From Octopus vulgaris (taxonomy: Eukaryota), in NCBI GenBank assembly GCA_951406725.2, contig OX597817.1, positions 150,722,001-150,786,000 on the forward strand: DNA of 64,000 bases, in the 5' to 3' direction. Shown here piece after piece: positions 25,345 to 38,045 of this stretch. Position 1 is the stretch's first letter. Each line of letters begins with the position of its first letter. A model generated the notes under the pieces. It was not told where the DNA came from, made no database searches, and saw only the letters and a program-made list of their open reading frames with translations. Position numbers and translations under genes: made by a program.

Positions 25345-27147
25345 ATATGTTTGTATGTCTGTGTTTGTCCCCCTAACATCGCTTGACATTGGATGCTGGG
25401 GTGTTTACGCCCTTGTAACTTAGCAGTTCGGCAAAAGAGTCCGATAGTATTGGAATAAATGTTTTGCAGCATTTGTTCTGGCTCTTCACATTCTGAATTC
25501 CAATCCTGGCAAGAGCAACTTGACTGGTCATCTTTACAGGGTCAATAAAATAAAATACTAGCCAAGTACTGGGGACAATGGATTTAATACCCACTTCTCT
25601 AAATTTCAAGACTAGTGCCTACACTAGAATCCTCCAATGCCCTCTCTCCCCTCAAACGTCCCTTGCTTTGCAAAGTTATTTGGTGACTCTGCCAGTGCAG
25701 GTAGCGCTTAAAAAGTATCCAGTCCGTACTGTAAAGCAGTTGGCATTTGGAAGGGGATCCAGCTGTTAAAAACCAAGCCAAAATTGACCTTGTCTGTGTT
25801 GGTACCATGTGAAAAGCACTCAGCCCACTCTGTGGAGTGGTTGCTGTTAGGAAGGGCATCCAGCCATAAAAAAAACCATACCAAAACAGATACAGAAATA
25901 TGGTGCAGGCTTCTACCTGCCTAGGTCCTGTCAAATCATCCACCCATGCCAGCATGGAAGGAGGATGTTAAGCTATTATTATTATTTGGGGAGTGAGCTG
26001 GCAGAATCATTGACACAATGGGCCTTTATGTTCTGAGTTCGAATTCCACTAAAGTCAACTTTGCCTTTCATCATTTCGGGGTTGATGACATAAATACCCA
26101 TTGCACACTTTGTTGATGCTATCGAGTTGCCCCTTCCCCCTTCAGACCGTGTGCCTATAATAGAAAAAATTATTATTTAAGGCAGGAAAAATACTTATTG
26201 ACAATTCTACCAAAATTGACTTTAGCTTTCGGGGTTGCAAAAATAAGTACCAATTGAGAACTGGGGTCAATGTAATCAACTTATCTCCTCTCCCAAAATT
26301 TCTGGCCTTGTGCCAAAATTTGAGTGGCTGTGTGGTAAGTTGCTTGCTTATGAACCACATGGTTCTGGGTTCAGACCCACTGCATGGCACATTGGGCAAG
26401 TGTCTTCTACTATAACCTCGGGCCGACCAAAGCCTTGTGAGTGGATTTGGTAGACAGAAACTGAAAGAAACCCGTCGTATATATGTATATATATATGTAT
26501 GTATGTGTGTGTGTGTGTGTGCATCTGTGTTTGTCCCCACAACTGTGTTTACTTCCCCGTAACTTAACTTAGTGGTTTGGCAAAAGAGACTGATAGAATA
26601 AGTACTAGGCTTACAAAAATAAGACTAAAGGCGGTGCTCCAGCATGGCCACAGTCGAACGACTGAAACAAGTAAAAGAGTAATTAAACAACTGAACACTC
26701 ATTGTTACAATTGTTGACATATATGTGTGTAAGCATATGTTTAACTTTACGTCTGCAAATTTCTCTTTAATTCAGTAACTTTACATGGTATGCCAGATCT
26801 AATTATAAAATTCTGACTGTTCTACTTATTCTTCTCTACAAATAAATATTGTTTTGTCTTAGAGTATGTCAAATATGCAAACTGTTCATTTAAGTTTCTG
26901 TAGAAAGCTCCTGACCAAATTATTTAAATAACATACAATAATGCTACTGTTTTTTCATCAATTCATACAGTATTGTTTTTAATTTATGATTAAAACCACA
27001 TTCTTTTGTAATAAATTTGGTACTGACTACTATTTTAATATACATAATGTGTGTGTGTGTGCACATGTATGTGTGTGTGTGTGTACATTTATGAATGTGT
27101 ATGTATATGTGCGTACGTATGTATATATACATATGTATATATATATA

Positions 27148-27584
27148 TTTACGGAAATAAACAAAAGACGAAGGCAGGTGGAATACAAACAAACAATTGT
27201 ATTAGTATGGCGCTCAGGAAATATAAATGAAACAAGTCTTTAACGTTTCGAGCCTGCGCTCTTCAACAGAAAGATACACAGAGAAAAAACACAGAAAGAA
27301 GGAGAGAAAAAAAATATGCGTGCAGAATATATGAGAAAATAAAAATAAAACGAACGGGACAGTTTATGCGAACAAGTTGTCCCGTTCGTTTTATTTTTAT
27401 TTTCTCATATATTCTGCACGCATATTTTTTTTTTTTTTCTCCTTCTTTCTGTGTTTTTTCTCTGTGTATCTTTCTGTTGAAGAGCGTAGGCTCGAAACGT
27501 TTCATTTATATTTCCTGAGCGCCATACTAATACAATTGTTTGTTTGTATTCCACCTGCCTTCGTCTTTTGTTTATTTCCGTAAA
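27148..27584. repeat. ~210-bp-arm fold-back with 16-nt loop, Penelope-like pLTR in inverted arrangement, flanked by (TA)n
   Basis: Arm 27148-27361 is the reverse complement of 27378-27584 apart from small indels; each arm carries a hammerhead-like motif. Confidence 0.88.
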
Positions 27585-27623
27585 CCTGCCTTCGTCTTTT
27601 GTCTATTTTCATAAAGCTTCCCG

Positions 27624-27673
<50 letters not shown>

Positions 27674-27857
27674 GAAAATGTAAAGTCTGTGGAATACTCA
27701 GCCACTTATAATATGCTAATTCAATGAGTAAGAAATTCAGTTAAGACAACTGAACACTCATTGTTACAATTGTTGATATATAGGCGTAGGAGTGGCTGTG
27801 TGGTAAGTAGCTTGCTTACAAACCACATGGTTCCAGGTTCATTCCCACTGTGTGTAT

Positions 27858-27901
<44 letters not shown>

Positions 27902-28167
27902 ATATATTACTATATATATATATATATACATGTAGCTCTGTCTTGCACCTGTGCAGGTAGCACGTAAAAAGCACCTACTACACTCACGGAGTGGTTGGCG
28001 TTAGGAAGGGCATCCAGCCGTAGAAACACTGCCAAATCTGACTGGGCCTGATGTAGCTTTCCGGCTTCACAGACCCCAGTTAAACTGTCCAACCCATGCT
28101 AGCATGGAAAACGGACGCTAAATGATGATGATGATATATATATATATATACATGTATATATATTACT

Positions 28168-28199
<32 letters not shown>

Positions 28200-28410
28200 A
28201 TATATTACTATATATATATATATATTACTCACATAAAATCACCCACTACACTCTCGGAGTGGTTGGCGTTAGGAAGGGCATCCAGCTGTAGAAACACTGC
28301 CAGATCTGACTGGCCTGGTGCAGCCTTCGGGCTTGCCAGACCCCAGTTGAACCGTCCAACCCATGCTAGCATGGAAAGCGGACGTTAAACGATGATGATG
28401 ATGATGATGA

Positions 28411-28450
<40 letters not shown>

Positions 28451-29281
28451 ATATATTACTATGTAAGAATTGTTTCTTTTACTGAAAAGCTGGCAGTAAT
28501 GTAAGCAAAGTAGTGTTTACATATCCCTGTTTTACAAAGTGATGAAGAAATTTAAATGTGTGTCTTTGTGAGTAATCCTTGAACAACACCTGGCACCCAG
28601 TTTCTTTTTGGATTAAATGTCCAATGAAACTGATCTGGGATTATTGGATCAATTTCTTTTTTGATTTATAGTTGGATAGCTCCAGGCCTACCAAGATTTA
28701 GCTGACCTGTCATCAAATATGTTCCAGCTGTACTCACCCCATCTTTTTCTTTCCTATCTCATGCAGCTGACTGCAATGAGTACATCCTTTTATGCAATGA
28801 GGGATCCTCTTCACGTTCATTTTGCTATGAATAGTCACTAAATCTTCCTGCATTTTCAGATTACCATAGAAAAAAAACTATTTTAAATTTGATCAACTCT
28901 GATCAAGTAGACCTAACTACAGTCAAGAGCATTCCTGCTGTCTTTGTTTTTCAGATACAGTGGTGGGGAGGGGACTAGTTGATTACAGCGACCCAAGTGT
29001 TTCACTGGTACTTGCCCAAGATGCCGCACAGTGGCATCTTGGGCAAGTGTCTTCTACTATAGCCTCTGACTGACTGAAGCCTTGTGAGTAGATTTAATAG
29101 ATGGAAACTGAATGAAGACCATCATATATATATATATATATATATATGAGCCCCCCCCCCCCCATCCAATGGATTATGCTGAGTTGTCAAACATTTAAAC
29201 CAAATTTTCTCAAAACAACTTGTCTGACCATCCCATAGGCCTTTCCTTTGAGAAACACTGATTTAACCTAAATTTAAGACA

Positions 29282-29602
29282 CTAGCAAAAGAAGAAATAA
29301 AGATAGACTTTTTTCTATTCCAAAGAAAAACAATTTTATTCACACAAATATGCAACCAAAGAGTTTAAAGTACCAGTAAGTACATCACAACAGCTGATGT
29401 ACTTGTGCGTACAAATGCACGTTCTCATGGCTTTATCGATTGCATTCTCACCTGGAATCGATTTTTGTAATTTTTTCAAGACTTATACATGCCCTGATAA
29501 CGTTGGTATCTACAAATCAAATTTGAGCGCAATCGGATGGAGGATGCCCGAGATCCTAGAAGACACACACACACACAGACAGAACGGATTTTATATAATA
29601 GA
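29282..29602 (-). mobile_element. Non-autonomous Helitron-like element
   Basis: Minus strand begins A|TCTATTATATAAAATCC, has a (TG)n tract, ends TTTTGCTAG|T; no clear subterminal hairpin; nested in a SINE. Confidence 0.55.
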
Positions 29603-30939
29603 TATGGGTGTATGTCTCTGCACCATCACTTGACAACTGATTCTGGTGTGTTTACGTCCCTGTAACTTAGCGGTTTGGCAAAAGAGACTGATTGAATAAG
29701 TACTAGGTTTACAAATGATAAGTCATGAGGTCGATTTCTTTGACTAAAACCCTTTAAGGTGGTGCTCCAGTATGGCCACAGCCAAATGACTGAAGCATGT
29801 AAAAGAAAATAATAAATACTGAGTTTGATTCAATTAACTAAAATTCTTTGCCTTTCGCTTGGATAAAATTGTTGGCATGGAGAAGGGGGAGACTGGTATG
29901 CATGGGTAACTGCTGGTCTTCCATAAACAATCTTGTCCAAAATTGTGCTTCAGAGGGGAACTTTCTAGGAGCAATCCCAAGGTCAATCATGACTGAAAGG
30001 GGTCTTTTACGCATCCATATGTGAAAAAAAGTCGTAAAATTAGGAAGGGTTTGAGTGTGTGTGTGTGTGTTTAGCATTCCTTTGCACATTGCCTACCACA
30101 AAGTCAAGCATGTACACTCATCCTACAGCGTCTGTATCTTTTCAACCAATTTTAATAAACTATGTTAGTATTAACTATTTAATGTAAAGAGCATTAAAAT
30201 GCTAAACTGATATTAATATTTATCAGAAGGGTTGGGGGGAAAAAATGGAATAGGCAGTGACTAATAAAATTTTTTTTCATTTTATGAGCAAATGCGGGGG
30301 ACAACTTAGGACATGTTCCTCTGTTATTCTGATCTCCTCAAACAAGCATAACATTCATTTTGTAATCCTTTTATTATGTGTGAAAAATCTTTGTCACTTG
30401 ATAAAACAGGTATGAGTAGATTATGTCTAATTAACTGAAATATGTCCTTAGTTGTCCTTTATACACAAAGATCAAAATATCTTTCTCCTTAGCACATAAA
30501 TAAGGGTGGCAAGCCAGCAGAAATGTTAGTATGTTGGACAAAATATTTAATGACATTTCTTCCCATTCTGAGTTCAAATCTGGTAACATTATATGTCAAT
30601 AATCTTATTCATAACCAATAAATTTTCTTCACTTCTAGTTACTGAAAGCCAAAAATTGCTTGGCTAAAAAGCCTGCATTGTAACCACATGGTTTCTGGTT
30701 CAGTCCCACTGTGTAGCACCTTGGACAGATTTCTTCTATAGCCCCAGGCTGACCAATGTCTTGTGAGTGAATTTGGTTGATGGAAACTGTAGAAGTTCAT
30801 CATATATGTGTGTGCATGTCTTTGTGATTGTTCTCCCACCATCACTGATGGGGTTTTTTTGTCCTTGTAACTTAGCTTGTTGGTTACTTTTGCTGAACCG
30901 CTAAGTACCAGACTTGAAAGTAAGAACTGAGGTTGACTT

Positions 30940-31314
30940 CATTATTTATATTATTTACATTCGACGGATATTTGTCCTCATCTTGTTTGTTGTTAACACA
31001 ATGTTTCGGCTGATATACCCTCAAGCCTTCTTCATATGCCCATGGGCGTATGGCATAGTGGTTAAGAGCTCGGGCTACTAACCCTAAGATGCCAAGTTCA
31101 ATTTCAAGCAGTGACCTGAACAATAATAATAATAATAATAATAATAACATTGAAAAATACCTTAGGACTGAGAGCCCAGGTTCGAAATTTCCCCAAGACA
31201 CCTGAAGAAAGCTGGAGGATATATCAGCCGAAACGTTGTGCTAACAGCAAACAAGATGAGGATAAATATCCATCGAACGTAAATAATGTACATAATTCCT
31301 CATCTCTTAAATAT
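30940..31314 (+). mobile_element. Composite element: inverted partial copy + tRNA-like head + (AAT)n + hammerhead-motif unit, 17-bp TSD-like duplication
   Basis: A-box tggcatagtgg 31051-31061, B-box-like gttcaatttc 31096-31105; hammerhead motif 31197-31242; inverted copy ~30942-31034; flanks agaactgaggttgactt (30923-30939) / agaactgagcttgactt (31315-31331). Confidence 0.8.
31197..31242 (+). ncRNA. Minimal type-I hammerhead ribozyme motif
   Basis: gacac-CTGAAGA-aa-GCTG-(10 nt)-CAGC-c-GAAAC-GTT-gtgct: CUGANGA and GAAA boxes, stem II, palindromic helix III (ACGT), stem I gacac/gtgct with one mismatch. Confidence 0.6.
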
Positions 31315-31932
31315 AGAACTGAGCTTGACTTGTTCAACTATACCCTTTAATGCGGTACCCCAGCATGGCTACAGCCCATTGACAGAAACAAGTAAAAGAT
31401 AGAAGACAAAAGAAGAACAATTATTCCTGGAATCCTCCTCCTATTCCTTGCCCCTCCCTCTTTAAAACTTCTATATTTATTACCAGAACCCTTCAGCCCC
31501 TTACTTAGCCATCTAATTCATCCTTTTGTCACAATGAAATTATTTCCCATGGCTGTCCTTCATCTTATTGATTGCATTATCAATAAAGTAATACTAAGTT
31601 ATAAGCTTTCTCTATAGCTGACACCAACCTCTCCAGCCAACAAATGTAATTTTTACTTGCCCTGTTGCTATAGTTACTAAAGCTGTCATGAATGTGATAA
31701 GGTCACGCACACTCTCAATAATTGCTATGATTATTAAGAGAGGAAAAAATACATTTCCAATGTAATTACAAAGTATTAGTATTAATTATATATGCAGCTA
31801 TCTCTTACTTGTTTCAAAGTGTTTGATCTTTTATTTGTTTGGTCTTTTATTTGTTTCAGGGTGAAAGGCTTTTAGTCAAACAAATTGTCCCCAATGCTTA
31901 CTATTTATATAAAGTTTGCTATTTATTCTATT

Positions 31933-32215
31933 GTGGAGGTGCAATGGCCCAGGGGTTAGGGCAACAGACTCGCAGTCGGAGGATCGCGGTTTCGATTCTC
32001 AGACCGGGCGTTGTGTGTGTTTAGTGAGTGAAAACACCTAAAGCTCCATGAGGCTCTGGCAGGGAGTGGTGGCAACCCCTGTTGTACTCTTTTGCCCCAA
32101 CTTCCTCTCTTTCTTCCTGTTTCTTGAGTAACACTGCGATGGACTGGCGTCCCATCCAGCTGGGGGGAATACATATACACCATAGAAACTGGGCCCATGA
32201 GCCTGGCTAGGGCGA
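31933..32215 (+). mobile_element. tRNA-derived SINE with V-domain-like segment
   Basis: Head ggaggtgcaatggcccag..ggtttcgattc, segment gcgatggactggcgtcccatccag; copies at 33125-33422(-) and 38660-38850(+). Confidence 0.75.
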
Positions 32216-35200
32216 AAAAAAAAAAATTATTCAATTGGTCTGTTTCACTGAACTGTTAGATTACGAGATTATGGGGATATAAACAAACCAACACCAGTCA
32301 TCAAGCAGTGCATTAGGAATACACACACACGCATTTACACATATGGTGGGCTTCTTCACAGGTTCCGTCTACCAAATCCACTCAGAAAGCATTGTTTGGC
32401 CCAGGGCTATAGTAGAGGACACTTAAGGTGCTGTACACTGGGATTGAACATAATACCATTTGGTTGCAAAGTGAGCTTCTTAACCACATATCTGTTCCTA
32501 TTAGCAACATATTTTTGTCTTTATTTTTTTTGAACATATAATGAGCACTTCACCAGTAAAACCTTATCAGATAATTATTTGATTTATCTGCATTTATTAA
32601 TTCATTTATTGTTATCATGTCCATACAAGCTTTTTCATGTTTCTCTAGATAAGGTTTCAGCTGAATCGTACTTGTCATTTATATTTATTTGTAACATCTT
32701 ACGAAGAGGCTATATCCATGTCAAGTCCAAATAAAGTGAAAAAAACCCACCAAACTGATTCTTTGATTCACCTTGTGCCTTGTGGGGCCATCTCAGTAGC
32801 TCATCGCCATTATCTATCCCTTGTAGCATCTGTTGCTTATTTCCTCTTTTTCTCCTTTTCCCTAACTAGCTGTGAGTACCAATGCATATTATCTACAAGA
32901 ACTGGCACTGCCCCCCACCATTCTCATAGTTCAATCTCTCATTCATTAGTGTGATGGTTGTTCTGTAAAGTGCATGGCAACCTCTGTAGTGCAGTTTGGT
33001 ACAAATAAAGCACCCAGTCTCTGCTATAAAGTGGTTGGCATTAGGAAGGGCATCCAGCAGTAGAAACCATACCAAAGCAGACACTGGAGCATGATGCAGT
33101 CCTTGGATACATCAGATTGGATATTTGTTCCTTCTCGAGCCATGCCTGGCTCATAAGGGCCGGTTTCCCAGTTTCTTGGTGTATAGGTTCCCCACCTGGA
33201 CAGGATGCTGGTCCGTCACAGGTGAGCTGCAAGATGCAGGAGGAAAGAGTGAGAGAAAGTTGTGGCGAAAGAGTCAGCAGAGGTTCGCCATTACCTCCTG
33301 CCGGAGCTGCATGGAGCTTAGGTGTTTCACTCATAAACACACACACCGCCCAGTCTGAGATTCGAACCCACGATCCCTCAACCGCGAGTCCGCTGCTCTA
33401 ACCACTAGGCCATGTGCCTCCACATACATCAGATTCCTGTTAAACCATCCAAACCCTGCCAGTATGGAAAATCATCATCATTTAACATCTGTTTTCCATG
33501 CTGCCATGGGTTGGATGGCTTGACAGGAACTGGCAAGGCCAGGGACCTCACCAGGTTCCAGAGTCTGTTTCGGCTTGGTTTCTACAGCTAGATGCCCTTT
33601 CTAATGCTAACCACTTTACGGAGTGTACTGGATGCATTTTATATGGTGCCATCCCCCACATCAATGCTTTTTTATGTGGTACCTTGGTTTTAGGATCTCA
33701 ATTCTGTTGTGGTAGGCAGGTCTTCTTAAGTACACAGACATTAAATGATGACTATGACAAGCTTCTTTCAGTTTCCATGTGCCAAATCCACTCACAAAGC
33801 TCTGGTCTGCTCAGAGCTATAGTAGAAATCATTTACTCAAGGTGCCATACAGTGGATTGACTTGAAATCATTTGGTTGGGAAACAAACTTCTAAAACACA
33901 CATACACACACACACACTTTATATATTATATTTTGGATGAATTTTAAAGGAACCAATCCCCAATTTAAAATATTTTGCTGGATAAGTTCTAATTCAGTGA
34001 CTATAAATTGTGCTGGTATCTCATTAATTTTCCCAAAATTTAGCAATTTTTTTCCACCTAAAATAAATTATCAACCAAAATACTTTAAAATTAAGGTGAA
34101 CACTGAAAAAAATGTAAAAAAAAAATTGGTTGTATGAAAACATTCTTATATTGTTTGTTTATATCTATCTATGAAGACATTTTATATACTGCCTGTTTAT
34201 ACCTATGTGCTTGAATAAAATGCTAAATAAAAAAGTTGTTCTTATTGTTTGTTTTTAATTAATTTTGGAGCAATATTATAATTAATCTGATTCATATTTA
34301 TGTATAACTGTGAATTGTCTGTATGCATGCTTACCCCAAATCCAGAAACTAAAAAAAAAAGAAAGCTACAGCTCAAAACCATATATGGACAGTGAGCTGG
34401 CAGTATCGTTAGCATGCCAGACGAAATGCTTAGCAGTATTTCGTCTGCTGCTATGTACTGAGTTGAAATTCCACCAAGGTCGATTTTGCCTTTCATCCTC
34501 TTATTAAGTACTAGGGTCGATGCAATCGACTATCCCCCTCTCCCAATTTCAGGCCTTGTGCCTATAGTAGATAAGGATTATTATTGTTATTATTAATAAT
34601 ATTAATGTGCCAACTTGTTATTTTTGTATGTACCTGTGGTGTGTGTCACATTTACTTTAAAGAAAGATGTGAGTGGCAAAGCGAATGAGAGGAGGACAGA
34701 GAGGAAGTAAGAGAGAGAGAAAGAGTGAAAGAGACAGTGAGTGGTGATTGCGTTTGTTTTGTGTTTTTAGATGTTTCAGAGAGGAAGTAAGAGAGAAAGA
34801 GACAGTGAGTGGTGACAGCGTTCATTTTGTGTTTTTAAATCTTTATCACATCACAAGAAAAGTAGATACATAGATCGAAAAAAAAGTTGATACATGGGTA
34901 CACATTGTTGATACACATTGTTAAAAGTGGGAGAGAGGAGGGACATAGAGGAAGTGAAAGAGACAGTAAATACATAGAGTGAAAGAAAAGTTGATACATG
35001 GATACGTAGACACATTAAATCAAAGACCAATAACTACAGCAAATATTGGATATCACTTTCACTTTTCATTACCACACGAGGATAAAATTAACTCACAAGT
35101 GGCTGAGTACTCCACAGACATGTATATCATTAACGTAGTTCTCAGGGAGATTCAGCCTTTCACAAAATATGACAGGGCTCGACTCTTTGAATTACAGCTA

Positions 35201-36095
35201 CAACTCATTTTGGCCAGCTGAGTGGACTGGAGCAAGATAAGCCTTCAATTGGTTGGAAGAAAATGAAAAAAGACCCTATATAGGGGCAGGAAGATCTTTT
35301 TAGTTGTTAGGGTCACTATAGGTGTTAATCCGGTCCAAACAGCGGCATTTGTAGGTCTCACAGATCTGGAGGCCAAGCCCTCAGATAAGCACCGTGACGC
35401 AAGCTGTTGTTATCAAATTGAGTGTGAGTCGAGGGTGAATAAATGACAGAATAGCAATTATTTCGTCTTAGCTTTCACTGCTTATACTAAACACATAACA
35501 TTTTTGCCTTACAATATGGAACATTTCCTTTTCTTTCACTCTTTTTAAAAAATGGCACTCTGTTGGTTACGATGACGAGGTTTCTGTTTATCTGATCCAA
35601 GGAACAGTCCGCTCGTAAAATTAACGTACAAGTGGCTGACTACTCCACAGTCATGCATACCATAATGTAAGTTAAGGAGATTCAGCCTCACACAAAAATG
35701 TGACAAGGCTAGCCCCTTTGAATTACAACTACAACTCATTTTTGCCAGCTGAGTGGACTGCAGCAAGGTGAAGTACAGTACCTTGCTCAAAAACTCAGCG
35801 CGCTGTGGGAATCATACTCATGACTTTACGATCATGGGCTGAATACCCATAACCATTGAGCCACGCATCTTCACCTTCACTCTCAACTGTAAAGAAGAGG
35901 AGTGAAGCAATAGAGACAGAGAAAGGAAAGCTTCAGTCATTTAAAATGACAATTAGACTGAAATACGATCGATCTTTTCTAGCTTCTTTACATTTGACAA
36001 TGAAGAACAGGGAAAGACATTTAGTAATGAATAGAGGCTCTTTCATGTGTTTACGTTTTTATTCTGGGAGTTCTAGAACGATCGAGTGTTAGTTC

Positions 36096-36690
36096 TGTAA
36101 CAGACTTAGTGTGGATATATCTTCTCTTGTACTTTCGGGGTACAAGAAAGCAATCACTAGCCGTTGCTTTAAAATCCAGAATTCTACCAGTCAGAAACAA
36201 CAAGACGCAGACGTAAAAGATATATACTACTTTATTCTCTAATGTGGTAACAGTAACAATAAGTGGTTATCTGATGTCCTTGGTTCTGGGCGCGCAAGGC
36301 TGAAAGTTAATGGATTGTAATATTTACAATGTTCAGCCGCTAAAAACAGAACGGGTTAAAGATGGCGTCCGGAACAGGGAAGATGAATGTGGTCGGCAAC
36401 AATTTGGTTAAAAGCTTTCGGCCAACTGCTATCAAAGCTGGACAGCGAGAAAATACACGTCCGTCGCCTTCGGTCGCTGCTGTCCCAAGTCCCCGCTGCT
36501 GCTGCTAGCGGTCAAACGTTCTACGACCCCCTTGCCTTGGCTAACTACCACGTAGGCAAAAGGGTCGTGCTTCCGGTGGTTCGCGCATGCGCGAGAGGGC
36601 CCTTCCTTTCTGTGCCTTGGTAAAGGCACCAACACGCGCGAAATAGAAAATGGACGGTGCGCGCGCGCGCACCGTTATAGGATCACTACA
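36096..36690 (-). mobile_element. Solo LTR (Gypsy-like, 4-bp TSD)
   Basis: TGTAACAG...ATCACTACA termini, TSD gttc on both sides, minus-strand AATAAA at 36231-36236, CpG-rich promoter-like part. Confidence 0.85.
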
Positions 36691-37059
36691 GTTCTGTCTT
36701 CTTTCTCTCAACCCAGGCACTTATTCACCGTCTTTCATAGTTCTTCGTGTCTTTTAGTGGAGGTGAGGAGACCATGTTCTATTTCAGGCACGTTTAACGA
36801 TTTCTTGACAAACTGCAAAGAAGCGGATCTCCCTTTTTTTTTTTTTTTTTCCATACAAAAACTAGTGTAAATTTAGAATGGCGTATAGCTGTGAAAGAGC
36901 CCAGAAAATTGGGTAATACACCCTACAAAATGGTGTCTACACGAAATATTCAACTCTACTTTAAAGAAGTGGTTCTCAACTCAATTGAGGTCATGGCGCA
37001 CTTGAACCCCTACAAATAATTGTGGCTGCACTATATACAAATTTCTAAGCTAAATAACA

Positions 37060-37780
37060 GAAAATAACACATACCTTGAGATCATGGGAAACATTAGGCA
37101 ATTTCTTCAATGTTTGGGTATATGTTTGAAATACAAACTCGCATTTCTTCATCAATGAATTTAAGTGTTCCTCGCTTCTTGTACTTGATAGTAGAAAATC
37201 CCAATTCACATAGTTATGAAGTTGAAAATTGCAGCAAAATTGTAAGAGTTTTTTTAGAAATCGAAACATATTCATCTTTTACAGAAATTCAGAAAGCTTC
37301 AAGTGACAATCCCTAGTGTTTCATCATTAATCCACGTATTTCTTTATTACCCACAAGGGGCTAAACACAGAGGGGACAAACAAGGACAGACATAGGTATT
37401 AAGTCGATTACATCGACCCCAGTGCGTAACTGGTACTTAATTTATCGACCCCGAAAGGATGAAAGGCAAAGTCGACCTCGGCGGAATTTGAACTCACAAC
37501 GTAACGCAGACGAAATACCGCTAAGCATTTCGCCCGGCGTGCTAACGTTTCTGCCAGCTCACCGCCTTAATTCACGGTCAATAGATATAGCAGCGAGTTC
37601 CTCTTCTATCAATGTTAATTCGAAATCATTGGAAGTTCCCACGAATGGGTTTCTGATCCAGTCATATTGTTCAGTTTTCTGCGATGGGAAATACAAACGC
37701 AATTTTTCTTCTAAACTTGCTAAATGCTCGACTATTAACAGGAGTGTTTCATTTATGCCTGTTTCACTTTTACTTAACAA
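37060..37780 (-). mobile_element. hAT Buster/Charlie-type transposase remnant (C-terminal), interrupted by a SINE
   Basis: ORF 37559..37780 EHLASLEEKLRLYFP..DWIRNPF; continuing on - strand with stops LLQFSTS*LCELGFS...EMRVCIS (hAT dimerisation-domain-like). Confidence 0.75.
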
Positions 37781-37789
37781 AATGCAAAT

Positions 37790-38045
37790 ATATGGGAAAC
37801 TACCACCTGTATCGTCTCTTGTGAAAGGTAGAAGAGTCCAGTTTGCTGGACATTGTTGTAGAGGTGAAAACGAGGCAATTTATACTCTTCTCGCGATACC
37901 AGAAGGCGCACACTCTCCTACCCTGATGTAATCTCTGGGGATACAGGCATCCAGCAACAGGACCTCCGTAATGCTATGATGGACCATGAAGTCTGGCGTA
38001 GCATGGTAAATTCCATTGTCTCGACCACGGTCGAACAATGATGAT
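37790..38045 (+). mobile_element. LINE 3'-end fragment (RTE/RTEX-like)
   Basis: IYGKLPPVSSLVKGRRVQFAGHCCR motif; ends in a short (ATG)n tail. Confidence 0.6.

Noticed and set aside
31043-31115. tRNA gene (also other A/B-box heads, e.g. 9158 and 31933)
   Set aside because: No complete cloverleaf or acceptor stem, and each is attached to a repeat body; these are SINE heads.
36240-36690. CpG island as the promoter or first exon of a host gene
   Set aside because: It is bounded by TG..CA termini and a 4-bp TSD, so a solo LTR explains it; no linked exons were found.
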